A DNA stretch of 64,000 nt from Oikopleura dioica (taxonomy: Eukaryota; Animalia; Chordata), in contig OU015567.1 in the NCBI GenBank assembly GCA_907165135.1, forward strand, positions 10,354,001 to 10,418,000, written 5' to 3'. The notes under the pieces were generated by a model. That model was not told where the DNA came from, did no database searches, and saw only the letters and a list, made by a program, of their open reading frames with translations. This document shows positions 1 through 11,111 of this stretch, piece after piece. Position numbers and translations under genes: made by a program. Numbering within the stretch: position 1 is the first letter of the stretch; each line of letters begins with the position of its first letter.

Positions 1-2
1 AT

Positions 3-215
3 AGTACTGCACCGCTCCATACTACACCTTCGCTAGGTACAGTAGTATTTACGACGGTGCCAGCGCCAGCAGGTACAACTTACACCACCGAGAACCCGCA
101 ATTGGCTCCGGATTACATAAGCGCTTCTAAAAGGCGCTTCTCCACGCTGCTAGAAAATATAATTGGGGGCACCCGGACATACGGAAAACATACCAAGCAA
201 AGAACAAACTATTAA
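3..215 (+). CDS. Possible 3' end of a gene entering from the left edge (T/P-rich, ends ...HTKQRTNY*)
   Basis: Frame open from position 3 to TAA at 213-215; no homology recognised. Confidence 0.25.
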   Translation, partial: STAPLHTTPSLGTVVFTTVPAPAGTTYTTENPQLAPDYISASKRRFSTLLENIIGGTRTYGKHTKQRTNY

Positions 216-303
216 AATGTGTTTCATGCAAGTAATTGTTATTTATGTTTATTGGACAGATCAGTAATCTAAAAATTAGGCGGGTCAGTGATTTTAGCTA
301 AAA

Positions 304-819
304 CTAATTAATGATATTCGTGATGAAAGTAATAACTATTAGTCCGCAAAAGCACTTGCATATACAGAAAAGACACTGGCAACAGGAGCAATCTTCTTCA
401 TTGTTTCGAGCTGTTCTTGTTGAAACTGTGGATGAATAAGGAAAAGTTGAATAAGATAGCGGCTGGTTTGTGTAGACAGGCTCAGTATATCGGTCATGAC
501 GCATATTCGTTCTTCTGGTGGTTGTCGGATTTCCATGTGGTTGTGAACTCGTATGAAAATTGTTCCTTTGAGGCTGAGGAAGTGCGGGGACTGATGAAAT
601 AGCAAGTTGAGCATAAGCGCTTTCCCACCACCTCCCACATATGCATTTATAATATCCAAAAAGCCGCCCATCACCGTGATATTCACGTTCTTCTTCAATT
701 TCAAACAATCTCTCCCCACAAGATCTACAATCAATTTCGTACTTCTGATAGTCAGTTGAAAATTGTTCATACTGGCAGCGGTAACAGTAAAATTTTCTTT
801 TTATCCAGGCTCTAGCCAT
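304..819 (-). CDS. Small zinc-finger protein with a ZAR1/3CxxC-like motif and a Cys-rich hydrophobic C-terminal tail
   Basis: ATG at 819 directly follows AG. Contains CYRC-x15-CRSC and FGYYKCICGRWWESAY, resembling ZAR1 YGYYHCxxCxxRWESAY. Tail is DCSCCQCLFCICKCFCGLIVITFITNIIN. Confidence 0.65.
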   Translation of the reverse strand: MARAWIKRKFYCYRCQYEQFSTDYQKYEIDCRSCGERLFEIEEEREYHGDGRLFGYYKCICGRWWESAYAQLAISSVPALPQPQRNNFHTSSQPHGNPTTTRRTNMRHDRYTEPVYTNQPLSYSTFPYSSTVSTRTARNNEEDCSCCQCLFCICKCFCGLIVITFITNIIN

Positions 820-898
820 CTCTTTTTTCAATAAAAACACAAATCAGAACAAATAGCAAAGCGCAGAGTAAATATTAGGAGTTAGTAAGAAGAGTTTA

Positions 899-3800
899 TT
901 AAAGATGAATATTGTGCATATAACGAACTCGATGATTTCCATATTGATTTCTTCTCGCGGTGATTTCTTCCTCTCGAAGCTCATTCCTCGGTCTTCTTGG
1001 TTTAGGGATAGGGACGTGTTTTACAACTTCATTCGAATGAACATTTCTTTCAACGATATGTTTTTGTCTGATGCTTTCTTCAAACTCACGCTTTCGTGCT
1101 AATAATTGTCTATAAATAATCAAGTAGACCAAAAAAAACCTGTAACGACAGTCTGCGAAATCGAAAACAGGTATCGAAAGATGATGAAAACACTCGCATT
1201 GCTCATGAAGTTCCAGATAATAATGACTATTCGATAGATGGATAAAAGGTAATTATCATGCAGAAAGCTTGGGACTTACTAGGCGATGAATTTTGAAAAT
1301 AAATATAGTGACAGATTGAATTCTCGCCCTTCCTGTATCTGTGCCTGCAGAGAAGAAGGATGATGACATTAGATAATACACAGAATCGCCAAAGGACCAC
1401 CCTTCGATCTAATAATTTTCAATGTTACCTGATGAATTCGCTAAAAACTTCACCTGTGAAATAGCATTCGATGGTATAAGCACAAGAAAGCAAACCCAAA
1501 ATGAAATAAGAAAAAGTACAAAACCAACGTGAATTCTATACTTTTTATCAGACGAATAATTCTTCCCAAGCTTGTCAGCGTAATTATTAACCTTCGCAAG
1601 AACAAATGAAGAAATTGAGAAATATAAAGCCAGGAAAGCGCAGATGCCAACAAGCGAATAAAAAACCTTGAAAACCTTTCCCGATGTTGTGAAGGGCTCC
1701 ATGTCTTTGCTCCCCAAAACGGCGATAGTATTGAAAACGTAGAAAAGAGAGTTTTTGTAATTCCAGAAATTCGGACAAGTGAATGTTCCATTTTCAGTGC
1801 CATAAGAAGGAACGAAGTTTTGGAGCGAATCGTGTATTTTCTTTTCCGGCTGAAGATAGGAGTCTGTTCCGTAAATCGATCCGTTCATCATCCTCTTTGG
1901 AACCCGACAATCCAAATATTTTTCAAGAGTACTTTCAAGATTGGCCCCACAGGTGTCTATCTTCTCCGATTGATCTTCAACCAGCTTTTCTTTGTTGATA
2001 AGAATGAGTTCTACTTGCTTCAGTTCCTCCGCCATTCTCATTTCTGATTCTATAGCTGAAGTGAGATTTCTACTGAATTCAGTCGATAAGGCTCTCATAA
2101 AATATATCGATTGACTCTTTGCCTCTTCTAGCTCGTCGATTACTGAATTGACATCGTTAATAATATGCTTGATGCGCTTAGGTTCGTCAACAAGAAAGTC
2201 GACTACAAATCGTTCAAAAAGACTGTCCACCTCGCACGTTATGTTTCCTACATCATCTCGTGTTTTTTGAAGCTTGGCGATAGTATACAGCCGGTCTCCT
2301 TGCTTCACATCGATGAGTTCTATTGACTGATTAACTGTTAGATTTGCTCTCTCAACAAGCAACTCCACTTCGTCTCTTATAATCCCACTGACAGATGATA
2401 GAATTGATTCTGAAAGCCTTCTGGCCTCAAGATTCGCTCTTGTCAAACCGAATTCCCAAATTTGAGTCTCACCAATTGTTACATTTTCAAATACTGGGTC
2501 TGTCAAGTTGTAACTAAATAAAGTCAAGTTCTGGGTAACGACGGTTAGATTTCTCGATATTTCCATCAGCATGTCAGTCACGTTGCCATCAAGAGCATAG
2601 GGGATTCTGACATTGTCCAGAGTGAAGCTGAACTAATCAAATTCTATTAAATTTCAATTATCAAGCATTCTTACCGTCGCACTTTGATCGAATAAAAGAT
2701 TACTTTTTCCATTTATATATGTCATGTTCTGCATGATTTCATAAACACATGGCGGCAGTCCCTGTCTTTTCAATGCTTCACATTCTTCGGACTCAACTTC
2801 TATAACTTTATCGACTTCTTTGATGATTTCTTTAACTTCAGGTTCTTCGCAAACGCACTCGCTAGCTTTCTCTGTCGCTGAAGAAACTGTAGTAGATACT
2901 GTTGACACTGTCATATTGTCTATGGTTACATTTTCAGGTGACACTGCAGTCGCACACTTTTCGTTTGTTTCACAAATTTCTGCTTCAAATTCTCCACCGA
3001 GGCACTCATCACCAGACACTTCACACTTTCTATTGCGATAAAGAACTCCAGTACCACAAGTCTCAGAACAATCAGACCAGTTCGACCATTCAGTGATAAC
3101 CGGACAGGTTGAATTCAAACAAGGCTGGTTTTCGATGTAGTCCTCCTCAAGATTGGCGCAAAGTCGGACTTCATCAACGGGCAAAACGGTGAATCTTTCG
3201 CTTGGAATAGCTGCAAATTCATTATAATTCTGCTTCTTTTGGCCACAAGATCGACTTCGTTGCCTGGTGCCAAGTCCACATGAGCTTGAACAGCTTCCCC
3301 AGTCGGCCCAAGACGTCCACTCGTAATCAAAGAAGTAGTTTGAAGTTTGACGACAGTTCGTTGATATTTCAAACTCTTTCCTGTCGATAAAATCATCGCA
3401 CTTAGTACTGAACCAAATATAATTTGCGTTTCTCTTCTCCTTTGCAATCAAATCGGCTTGCATCCCATTCGGAAGCTTGAGAATCAATCTTTCAAGACAT
3501 ATCGCAGTTGAGCCACTCCATTTCAGCGTTAATTGAGCGAAATCGTTTACAAATCGAAGTCCTGTTGTTATCGAAGAAGTCTTTAGTCCTCCAAACAAAC
3601 TTAAATTTAAAATTGAATCGTAATCATTTGAACTTGCAAATTTACCTTTTATATTCATCAGCATTCTCGAATTCCTTGTTCTCCTCGTTGATCCCCGAAA
3701 TAGAAACTGTGTGAGAGAAAAATCCTCGTGGGAGGATCGCAAGATCATCAGCATATCATCATCTGGAAGCTCCATGATGATTGCCCCGTTTCGTTGTGGG

Positions 3801-4307
3801 TACAGAAGCTGTACTCCAACAGAATGCTATCAATATTTACTTGCCGTCGAATTCTCGCTGGTGCCGGGGATATTGAATAAGTTTCAGTTGCTTCAGCGAC
3901 AGTAAAGTTTTGGGTAGATAGGATCGTTTTTGGGGCTAGAGTCGAGACATCAAATATTGCTGTTGTAATGTTCAGTTCTGGTGGGAGGGTCGCATTTGGA
4001 AAAATAAGCTCTCTGGTCAAATACTCTTTCGTTTTCTCGTAATTTTCGATCCTTCAAGAACATTTGATAGTGAAAGGGACACTGATGCTTACTGAATTTC
4101 AATTTCTTCAATCGCTTCATTACAGAGTCTCTTTTCCAGGGGATGCTCAAGTAAGCTGAAAATGTATGCGCCGACAAGGATGTAGAAAAAATAAAAAGAC
4201 GCCACTAGAATTCTTTTAACGTAACGTTGTTTCGTCGTTAATCTTATTTTTGCATATTTTGCTTTTTCGTCCTGCGGAATTTTCGGGTAATAAGCTCTCC
4301 TTGTCAT
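899..4307 (-). CDS. Two-pore-domain (K2P/KCNK-fold) channel-like protein, ~1,040 aa, with a huge TSP1-containing M1-P1 ectodomain and degenerate pore loops
   Basis: M1 YILVGAYIFSLLEHP; P1-M2 WNYKNSLFYVFNTIAVLGSKDMEPFTTSGKVFKVFYSLVGI; P2 IEGWSFGDSVYY. In-frame GT-AG introns at 4052-4092, 3809-3840, 2633-2674 and 1409-1453 join ORFs 4089..4307, 3748..4020, 2654..3775 and 1409..2581. Joining the last exon needs one extra T in the 1131-1138 run. Confidence 0.75.
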
Positions 4308-4580
4308 ATTTACAATTAGTTTGTGAAGGAAAAGATGCGGAAGCGCGCGGGGGTTTTGAATTTTTAAGGGTTCATGAATTTCAAGCGGGTTATTCTTGTA
4401 TTTATAAGAGAATGCAGGCTGCTTTGTTTTCCATATGCTCTTGATTAGCCTGCTATTGAGAGTGATTTACTGGTGTTTTTATAATCAATGTTATTGTGGA
4501 TAACCTGCATCAAATCAATTACAAACTAAAAGATAAGAAAAAGAGGTTTATTTCTTGAACTTATTATTTCAAAAATGAAT

Positions 4581-6154
4581 TTAATATTCCTCTTCGTCTT
4601 CTTCGCCCTCAGCGTCGTTGGTGTCCATTCCAACTTCCTCGTAATCCTTTTCCAAGGCTGCGAGATCCTCTCGGGCTTCGGAGAATTCGCCTTCCTCCAT
4701 GCCTTCACCGACATACCTGAAGGTAACTTTAGCTCTTGCATATTTGAGTATTCTTACCAGTGGACGAAGGCTCTCTTCGCGTACATGAGATCGAACTTGT
4801 GGTTCAATCTCGACCAGGCGTCTGCGATCGCCGTCGTGTTAGAGAGCATGCAGAGTGCTCGTCGAACCTTGGCGAGGTCCGAGTTCGGCACGACGGCGGG
4901 TGCCTCGTTGTTGATGCCAACCTTGAAGCCGGTTGGGCACCAGTCGACGAATTGGACGGATCGTCGAGCTTTGATGCCGGCGATCGCAGCGTTGGCATCC
5001 TTGGGTACAACGTCGCCGCGGTAGAGCAGGCAGCACGACATGTACTTGCCTAGACAAAATTTTAGGATTAGTTTTCTCTTTTAAAAATTTACCAGTTCTT
5101 GGGTCGCATTTGACCAGCTGTCCGCCCGGCTCGAAGCAAGCGTTGGTCAATTCCGCTACAGAAAGCGATTCGTGGAACGCTTTTTCGGCGGAAATGATCG
5201 GCGCGTAGGTCGCCAACGGGAAGTGGATTCGTGGATACGGCACCAAGTTCGTTTGGAACTCGTTAAGATCCACGTTGAGCGATCCTTCGAATCGCAGCGA
5301 AGCGGTGATCGAGGAGACAACCTGAGCGATAATTCGGTTAAGGTTGCTGTACGATGGTCGCTCTACGCCGAGTCTAAAGATTTTCGGTTGGATAATAAAA
5401 TGGCGTTGACAATCTTACCTCTTCGTACAGAGATCGTAGATGGCCTCATTGTCGACCATAAACGCACAGTCGGTGTGCTCCAGAGTCGTATGTGTGGTCA
5501 AGATCGAGTTGTAGGGCTCAACCACGGCAGTCGACACCTGCGGAGCTGGGTAGACCGCGAACTGGAACTTCGCCTTCTTTCCGTAGTCGACGGAAAGTCG
5601 CTCCATCAGAAGCGAGGTGAAACCGCTTCCGGTGCCGCCACCAAAGGAGTGGAAGACCATGAAGCCCTGGAGACCGGTGCAGTTATCCGAGAGCTTTCGG
5701 ATTCGGTCCAGGACCCGGTCGATGATCTCCTTGCCGATGGTGTAGTGGCCACGGGCGTAGTTGTTCGCTGCATCTTCCTGAAAATGATTTTAGTCCGGAA
5801 TCATAAAAAAACTGCTACCTTGCCAGTGATCAGCTGCTCCGGGTGGAAGAGCTGCTTGTAGGTTCCAGTGCGGATCTGGCCGATGACGGACGACTCCAAG
5901 TCCATGAAGACGGAGCGAGGAACGAATTGGCCGGTTCCAGTCTCGGAAAAGAACGTCGAGAAGTTCTCGTTGTTCATTCCTGCTGGAACGGTTCCGTCGG
6001 GGTTGATCCCGTGCTCCAAGCAGTAGAGCTCCCAGCACGAGTTGCCGATTTGGCAACCGGCCTGAAAATAGGTCAGCGATTGAAAAATAATATTAATTCT
6101 ATCTCTCTGTTTTCGCTTTACCTGGCCGACGTGGATGGAGATAACTTCCCGCAT
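4581..6154 (-). CDS. TUBA: Alpha-tubulin, divergent, 5 short GT-AG introns
   Basis: [52 protein letters not shown]-terminus ...EEDEEEY*. Confidence 0.97.
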
Positions 6155-6622
6155 GATAAATTGGTTTCAAAAATCAAAAACTCAAGGGCTCTGGTTTTGG
6201 CGAGATTTTAAAATCTCGGCGAAGACTGGAGTGAGGCGTTTTCCGCTGCCGGGCTGTTTATATCCGAAGCACTTTCGAGCCAACGAAGTCGACCCGCTTG
6301 GTGGCAAGACCAAACCAATTTTCCCAAAACGCCATGACCCCCGCAACTTTTTGAAAAAGAGGTAGTTTATCGGGGAAATGCCATCTTTGGAGCATGCGTG
6401 AAAATCGTGCATCTTGGTTTTTCCGTTGCGCGCTGTCTCTAATTTAGCCTCATAGTTTGTTCCTCAATAAGATCCATCAGAAATCATAGAAGAGTCTTGT
6501 TTGCTTACCCGGAATGTCGCCATTTCTGAAGCAGGTTATGATAAGTTGACTGATTAACAGCAGTAGTTCTCTCGAAAGGCAGTTTTAGTAAGTCAGGATG
6601 AAATTAAAAATACTACAGAAAT

Positions 6623-7650
6623 CTAAGAAAAGAATATGTCAAAAGAAAAGTCAAAGAGTCTTCGCCAAGGTCCTTTCCTTCTGAATCCATTTTGAATAAA
6701 AATTTTCTTCTGTGAGAAGGGGGACTTGACTGTGACGGTAAAACTGTTTGTCTCTTTTGATTTAACGGAAACAAGCGGGAAAGACGGGCTGATTCCTTCA
6801 AGCATAAGTTGGGAATTCTTATCCTCATCGCCAAGAAAATCGGAGATTCGACACTCTTGAACTTCATATTCCGCTATTTTGAAATCTGTCTCTTTTTCCA
6901 AGGCACTAGAAACAAGGGATAAAAAAGGTATTTTTCAGGGCTACTCACAAGCAGTAGACAATATCGTCGTCGAACAAAATTGATTCCACCTCGCAATTGT
7001 CGAGCATTTCTTTCTGGAAGAAAGCAATAAATTTGCAACTGGGAAAATATTGCATCTGGGTGTATTTCTTCGGTACAATGGGGATAACATCCGGTATCTT
7101 CGTCTTACGCCACTCGTTCTTCTCTTTCTGTTCTGTCCCTATTTTCATTATCTCATGATGAAAATATCGAAGCTTGACGAAATCCCGCGCTAATGACACT
7201 GGAAAGACTTCCAGGTCGCCACCAGCGTGAAACCACGAAGTCTCAATCTTCTCTTTCAGTTGACACAATTGTCCTGACGGATAACTAACTAGCTTTTGAT
7301 CAATCTGCAAGAATAGAATAGCATCTCTAATGCTACCAGGAAACCCTTCGGAACCATCATTTATTCCGGCAAGATCTTGCAGAAATGCTTCGCCATTTTG
7401 ACAAAACACATCGAAAACCGATCTCTTCATCGGGAGAGAATATTCGTTCTTACTGAAGAATTGAAATATAAAGCGGGATTGTAAAAAATTACCAAGCATC
7501 GCTCATTCCAGATTCAAATAGTGCCTTGAAGTAGGGAAAATTCTCACGCAGAAAGGCTTTGCTGTAGCATCCTATGTCATCAGAAAATTGCAGTCCGATC
7601 TTCGTCAAATGATCTTCCTGATCTTTATCATGAAAATTTTCTCTATTCAT
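6623..7650 (-). CDS. BTB/POZ-domain protein
   Basis: Exon 1 from ATG 7650 reads ...ENFPYFKALFESGMSDA (BTB signature), then IRDAILFLQID. In-frame GT-AG introns near 7490 and 6930. 3' end uncertain. Confidence 0.6.
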
Positions 7651-7764
7651 ATTCTTAGATCAAGAGATCTAGCGATGTTTGTTAATTCAGCTGGTGGTAA
7701 GTTTGTCGGTGAAAAGCAGGTCTTCCAGTTTCCGGACTCCCCAAAAGAGCACTAATTTGACCGA

Positions 7765-7782
7765 CCAATCAGGCGCGCGCGG
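7765..7782. promoter_or_regulatory. Compact divergent promoter (BTB gene / GRB2-like A) with CCAAT box and GC-rich GGCGCGCGCGGG
   Basis: CCAAT at 7765-7769 next to a GCGCGCGC run, in the 184-nt gap between head-to-head ATGs 7650 and 7835. Confidence 0.4.
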
Positions 7783-7834
7783 GAGAAATTACAAATATCT
7801 AGAGAAGTCGAAGAATCCCAGTCGAAATCTTCCG

Positions 7835-8728
7835 ATGGAAGCCGTGGCGATTTGCGATTATCAAGTGCAAGCACAAGGCGACGAATTCACCCTTACTGTT
7901 GGCCTAGAGATTAACATCCTCGATAATTCTGTATGTTCTTGAAAAATCCTCGCGTTCGAAGTTTCTTTTTAGGGGATTTTTCTTGGCTGACATAAAAGGA
8001 GAAGAACGATACGTTCCTGGAAACTACGTCAAGCTCAAACGAGATGTTCCGTGGTTTCTTGGTCATATAGAACGTGAAGAAGCAGAAGATATCCTCAGAA
8101 ATGCGCCTCACGGAAGCTTTCTCATCAGAAATCGCCAAAAGACGAAGCCGAATGACACATTTCTGTTTGGCTTGTCAGTGAAAAACGAGAATTGTCCAGA
8201 GATTGTCCAGCACTATCGGATCGCCAAGGACGAAGAAGGGCTTTACTGGATGTATGAGAATAGAAGATTTTCGAGTCTGGATGAACTAGTCCTTTGGTAC
8301 AGTGATCCTCAGAATGACCCCGAAGCACCACAAGGTGCACCACAGCTTCATCATGTTGATCTTGGCTTCAGAGGCGGCGAGAACGATATTGGAAAGCCTA
8401 CACCAGGTAATTCCACTTTATCACCATTCTAGTCTCAGGCCATTTTGGATACACAAATATTTCTAGCAATCGCCCTTTTCTCCTTCAAAAAGAAGAAATA
8501 AACGAGCTCAGCTTTGGTGCCGGGAGTCACATAATCGTTCATAAGAAAATACCAGTTCCACAAGAAGGTCGAAAGAAACCCGCTTTTGAAACTTACGATG
8601 GTACTCTACAAAAATACGAATTCATTTTGTGAAAATATTTATTAGATTCCGAGTGGCTATATGGCAATCTTGAAGGAAAACCGTCAGAGAAGGGCTTTTT
8701 CCCTCGCGAGTTCGTGAAGATTTTGTGA
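7835..8728 (+). CDS. GRB2-family SH3-SH2-SH3 adaptor, copy A
   Basis: MEAVAICDY...YVPGNYV; PWFLGHIEREEAE...GSFLIR...VQHYRI; AIALFSF...NELSF...EWLYG...GFFPREFV. 3 introns; two apparent homopolymer frameshifts (~7972-7981, 8487-8491). Confidence 0.85.
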
Positions 8729-9018
8729 GTTCACAATCTTGATTCGTTGAAGATTCTATTCTGAGAGAATACCCTGCTTATTATTCAAAATCACTGCTCC
8801 AGCTGTATGTATAGTTCTGTATAATTAAAATTGCGGATTGAAAAATGCATGCGCTTTTCCTTGAGTTGATCCAGTTAGACTGCGAATAACGACTGTACGA
8901 GTGTGTCGATGACTAGAGCACTCAATTAAATGATTGTGTGATCGTTCGCGAAAAACAGAAAGAAACAAAAGGAACCAGAAGAAAAAGGGATTTTTCTAGT
9001 GAAAACCGAGAAAGATAA

Positions 9019-10039
9019 ATGGAAGCACGGGCGCTTTACGATTTCAACGGTCGATCGTCCGATGAGCTCAGTTTTCGTCAGGGAGATTTCCTGACTGTTA
9101 TTGATATCGTAAGTCTTCTTAATCTTCTTGTTTAAATCTCCATAATATAATTAATCATTTCAAAATTAGCAAAATGAACACCACAGAGCCGAATTTCAAG
9201 GAAGAACTGGTTACGTTCCTGCGAATTATGTCGAACTTCTGGTAAATCTCAAATTTTCTTTTCTAAATTACAGTAATTAAAGCCTAATCCATGGTTCCAC
9301 GGCGGCGTGCCCAGACAACATGCCGAACAGATTCTCTCCAGACAAGAGTACGCCCCTACTTCAACTGATTAAATACTAACAAATTTGTTTCAGTCTGCCT
9401 CGAGGGGCGTTTTTGATCCGCGCGTCTGAAAAGAGTGGCGGTCCGGGTGCTTTCTCGTTGTCGGTGAAGAATACCTCGCATAGAAATTTGGTCGAACACT
9501 ATCGAATTTTGAAGAATCAACGTAAGAATAACAATTTTGACAGTCAAAACACTATCTCTAGCTGATCATTAAATTCAGAGGGTCAATATCATCTCTGGTC
9601 AGAAACGTTCTTCAGTCTCAACCAACTCGTTCATCATCACATGCAGCACTCGGTGAGCCGAGAAACAGATCTTCGACTCGTTGAAGTCAACTTAAATCAA
9701 ACGCAACAAGTCGAAACATTCCAAGGTAAAGAACTTAAATCCACCACTTGCTCTGATCCCTTTTTTCAGCCGTCTCTGCTTATCGTTTCAAAAGTGAAGT
9801 CGGCGACGAATTGGGCTTCGAGCCTCACACGAGGATCCAAGTTCATGTTTCAGTTCCTGGACAAGAAAAGAGCAATCTAGGTAAAACACCGATATTCCTT
9901 CTTCTATTCAAATTTTCTTTCAGATAGCGACTGGTGGTTTGGGCATCTAGAATCGAACCCCGAAAAACGCGGCTTCTTTCCGAAAAATTACGTTAGTGTC
10001 GATGATCAAACGCGGCGAAAATATCGACTAAATCTTTAA
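9019..10039 (+). CDS. GRB2-family SH3-SH2-SH3 adaptor, copy B
   Basis: MEARALYDFNGRSSDELSFRQGD, GYVPANYV, PWFHG, GAFLIRASE, VEHYRI, DWWFG...GFFPKNYV; 6 GT-AG introns, all in frame. Confidence 0.9.
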
Positions 10040-10591
10040 TTTTCTTAGTTTTCTCGAAGAAACAAGAGCATCAGTCTTTTCTCTTTTGTAAATTAGTTAA
10101 TTTGAGCATATTACCACATTTTTGCGAATATACCGTAAAAGTCATGACTGTTACAATTCTTTTCCAAGTTTCCGTACTAAGCATGTAAAAAAATGCCTGG
10201 GTACTACTTATTGATCTTTACCTTTCAATGTTCTTTCTTTTGCTTATCTTCTGCTTCTGTAAAATTTAACTCATTCCATTTAATTATTCTTTGCCCCCTT
10301 GTTCAGCTCTCTTCCCTTCACTATTTGGTTGAATATGGTATTTATTAAAATAAATTCTACTTCGCATAGACAACTTTTTATTCATTATTCTAGGTCAAAG
10401 CACACAGTTGCCCAGTTGCAAGTTCACCAGCTGAGAGAGCTCTTTTTCGATAAACAAAAGAACTGAATAATCATTTCCTTCGGCAAATTTGCATATCAAA
10501 TTTACAAATAATAAATCGGAACGTTTTCAAGCGCGGCCTTTTTCAATTTTCACTGACCGCGAAAGTCCAGTATCAAAAATAAGTCTGAATA

Positions 10592-11111
10592 ATGAGCACT
10601 TTGCAAGACGAGAATGCGATTCTCGTAGATCATATTAGAGAGCTTCAAGGAAAAATTGAAAAGGATGAGAAAGAATTCAACGATTAAAGGTACCTTGAAC
10701 CCTTATGTATGTTTAATCAAATCTCTGAAGGCGAATGTAAGCGACCAACAAAATGAGATTGCCCAGCTCAAGGGGCAATTAACGGAGTTCGAACGCGTCC
10801 TGATTCTTGAAAATGAAGCTCATGAATTGACGAAAAAGTAGGCGACTAAACATTCCTATCACATTCAAAACAATTAGGAAAATGACAATCTGAAGAAGAA
10901 GCTTGAGGAAAGTAACCAAGCTGAATCGCCAGAAAGCGAAAATGATGAGAAGAAGGTCGATGATAAGCTCGAGGACACGAAAATCGAGCTAGATGCAATT
11001 CACCAGCTGATAAAAGAATCTCAGAAGCGAATTTCTGAAGCAACAGCAAATGAATTCAAGCTTCTTGAGGAAAAAATCGCAAAGCTTCAGAGCACACCAC
11101 CTTCAGAATAA
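10592..11111 (+). CDS. Small acidic coiled-coil protein (3 exons)
   Basis: MSTLQDENAILVDHIRELQGKIEKDEKEFN / ANVSDQQNEIAQLKGQL / ENDNLKKKLEES. The first junction needs either one extra T at ~10684 or a GA donor. Confidence 0.5.

Noticed and set aside
5172-5861. Long antisense ORFs over tubulin (also 22116..22883 over COPG and 48509..49243)
   Set aside because: Shadow frames of codon-biased genes on the other strand; no independent motifs
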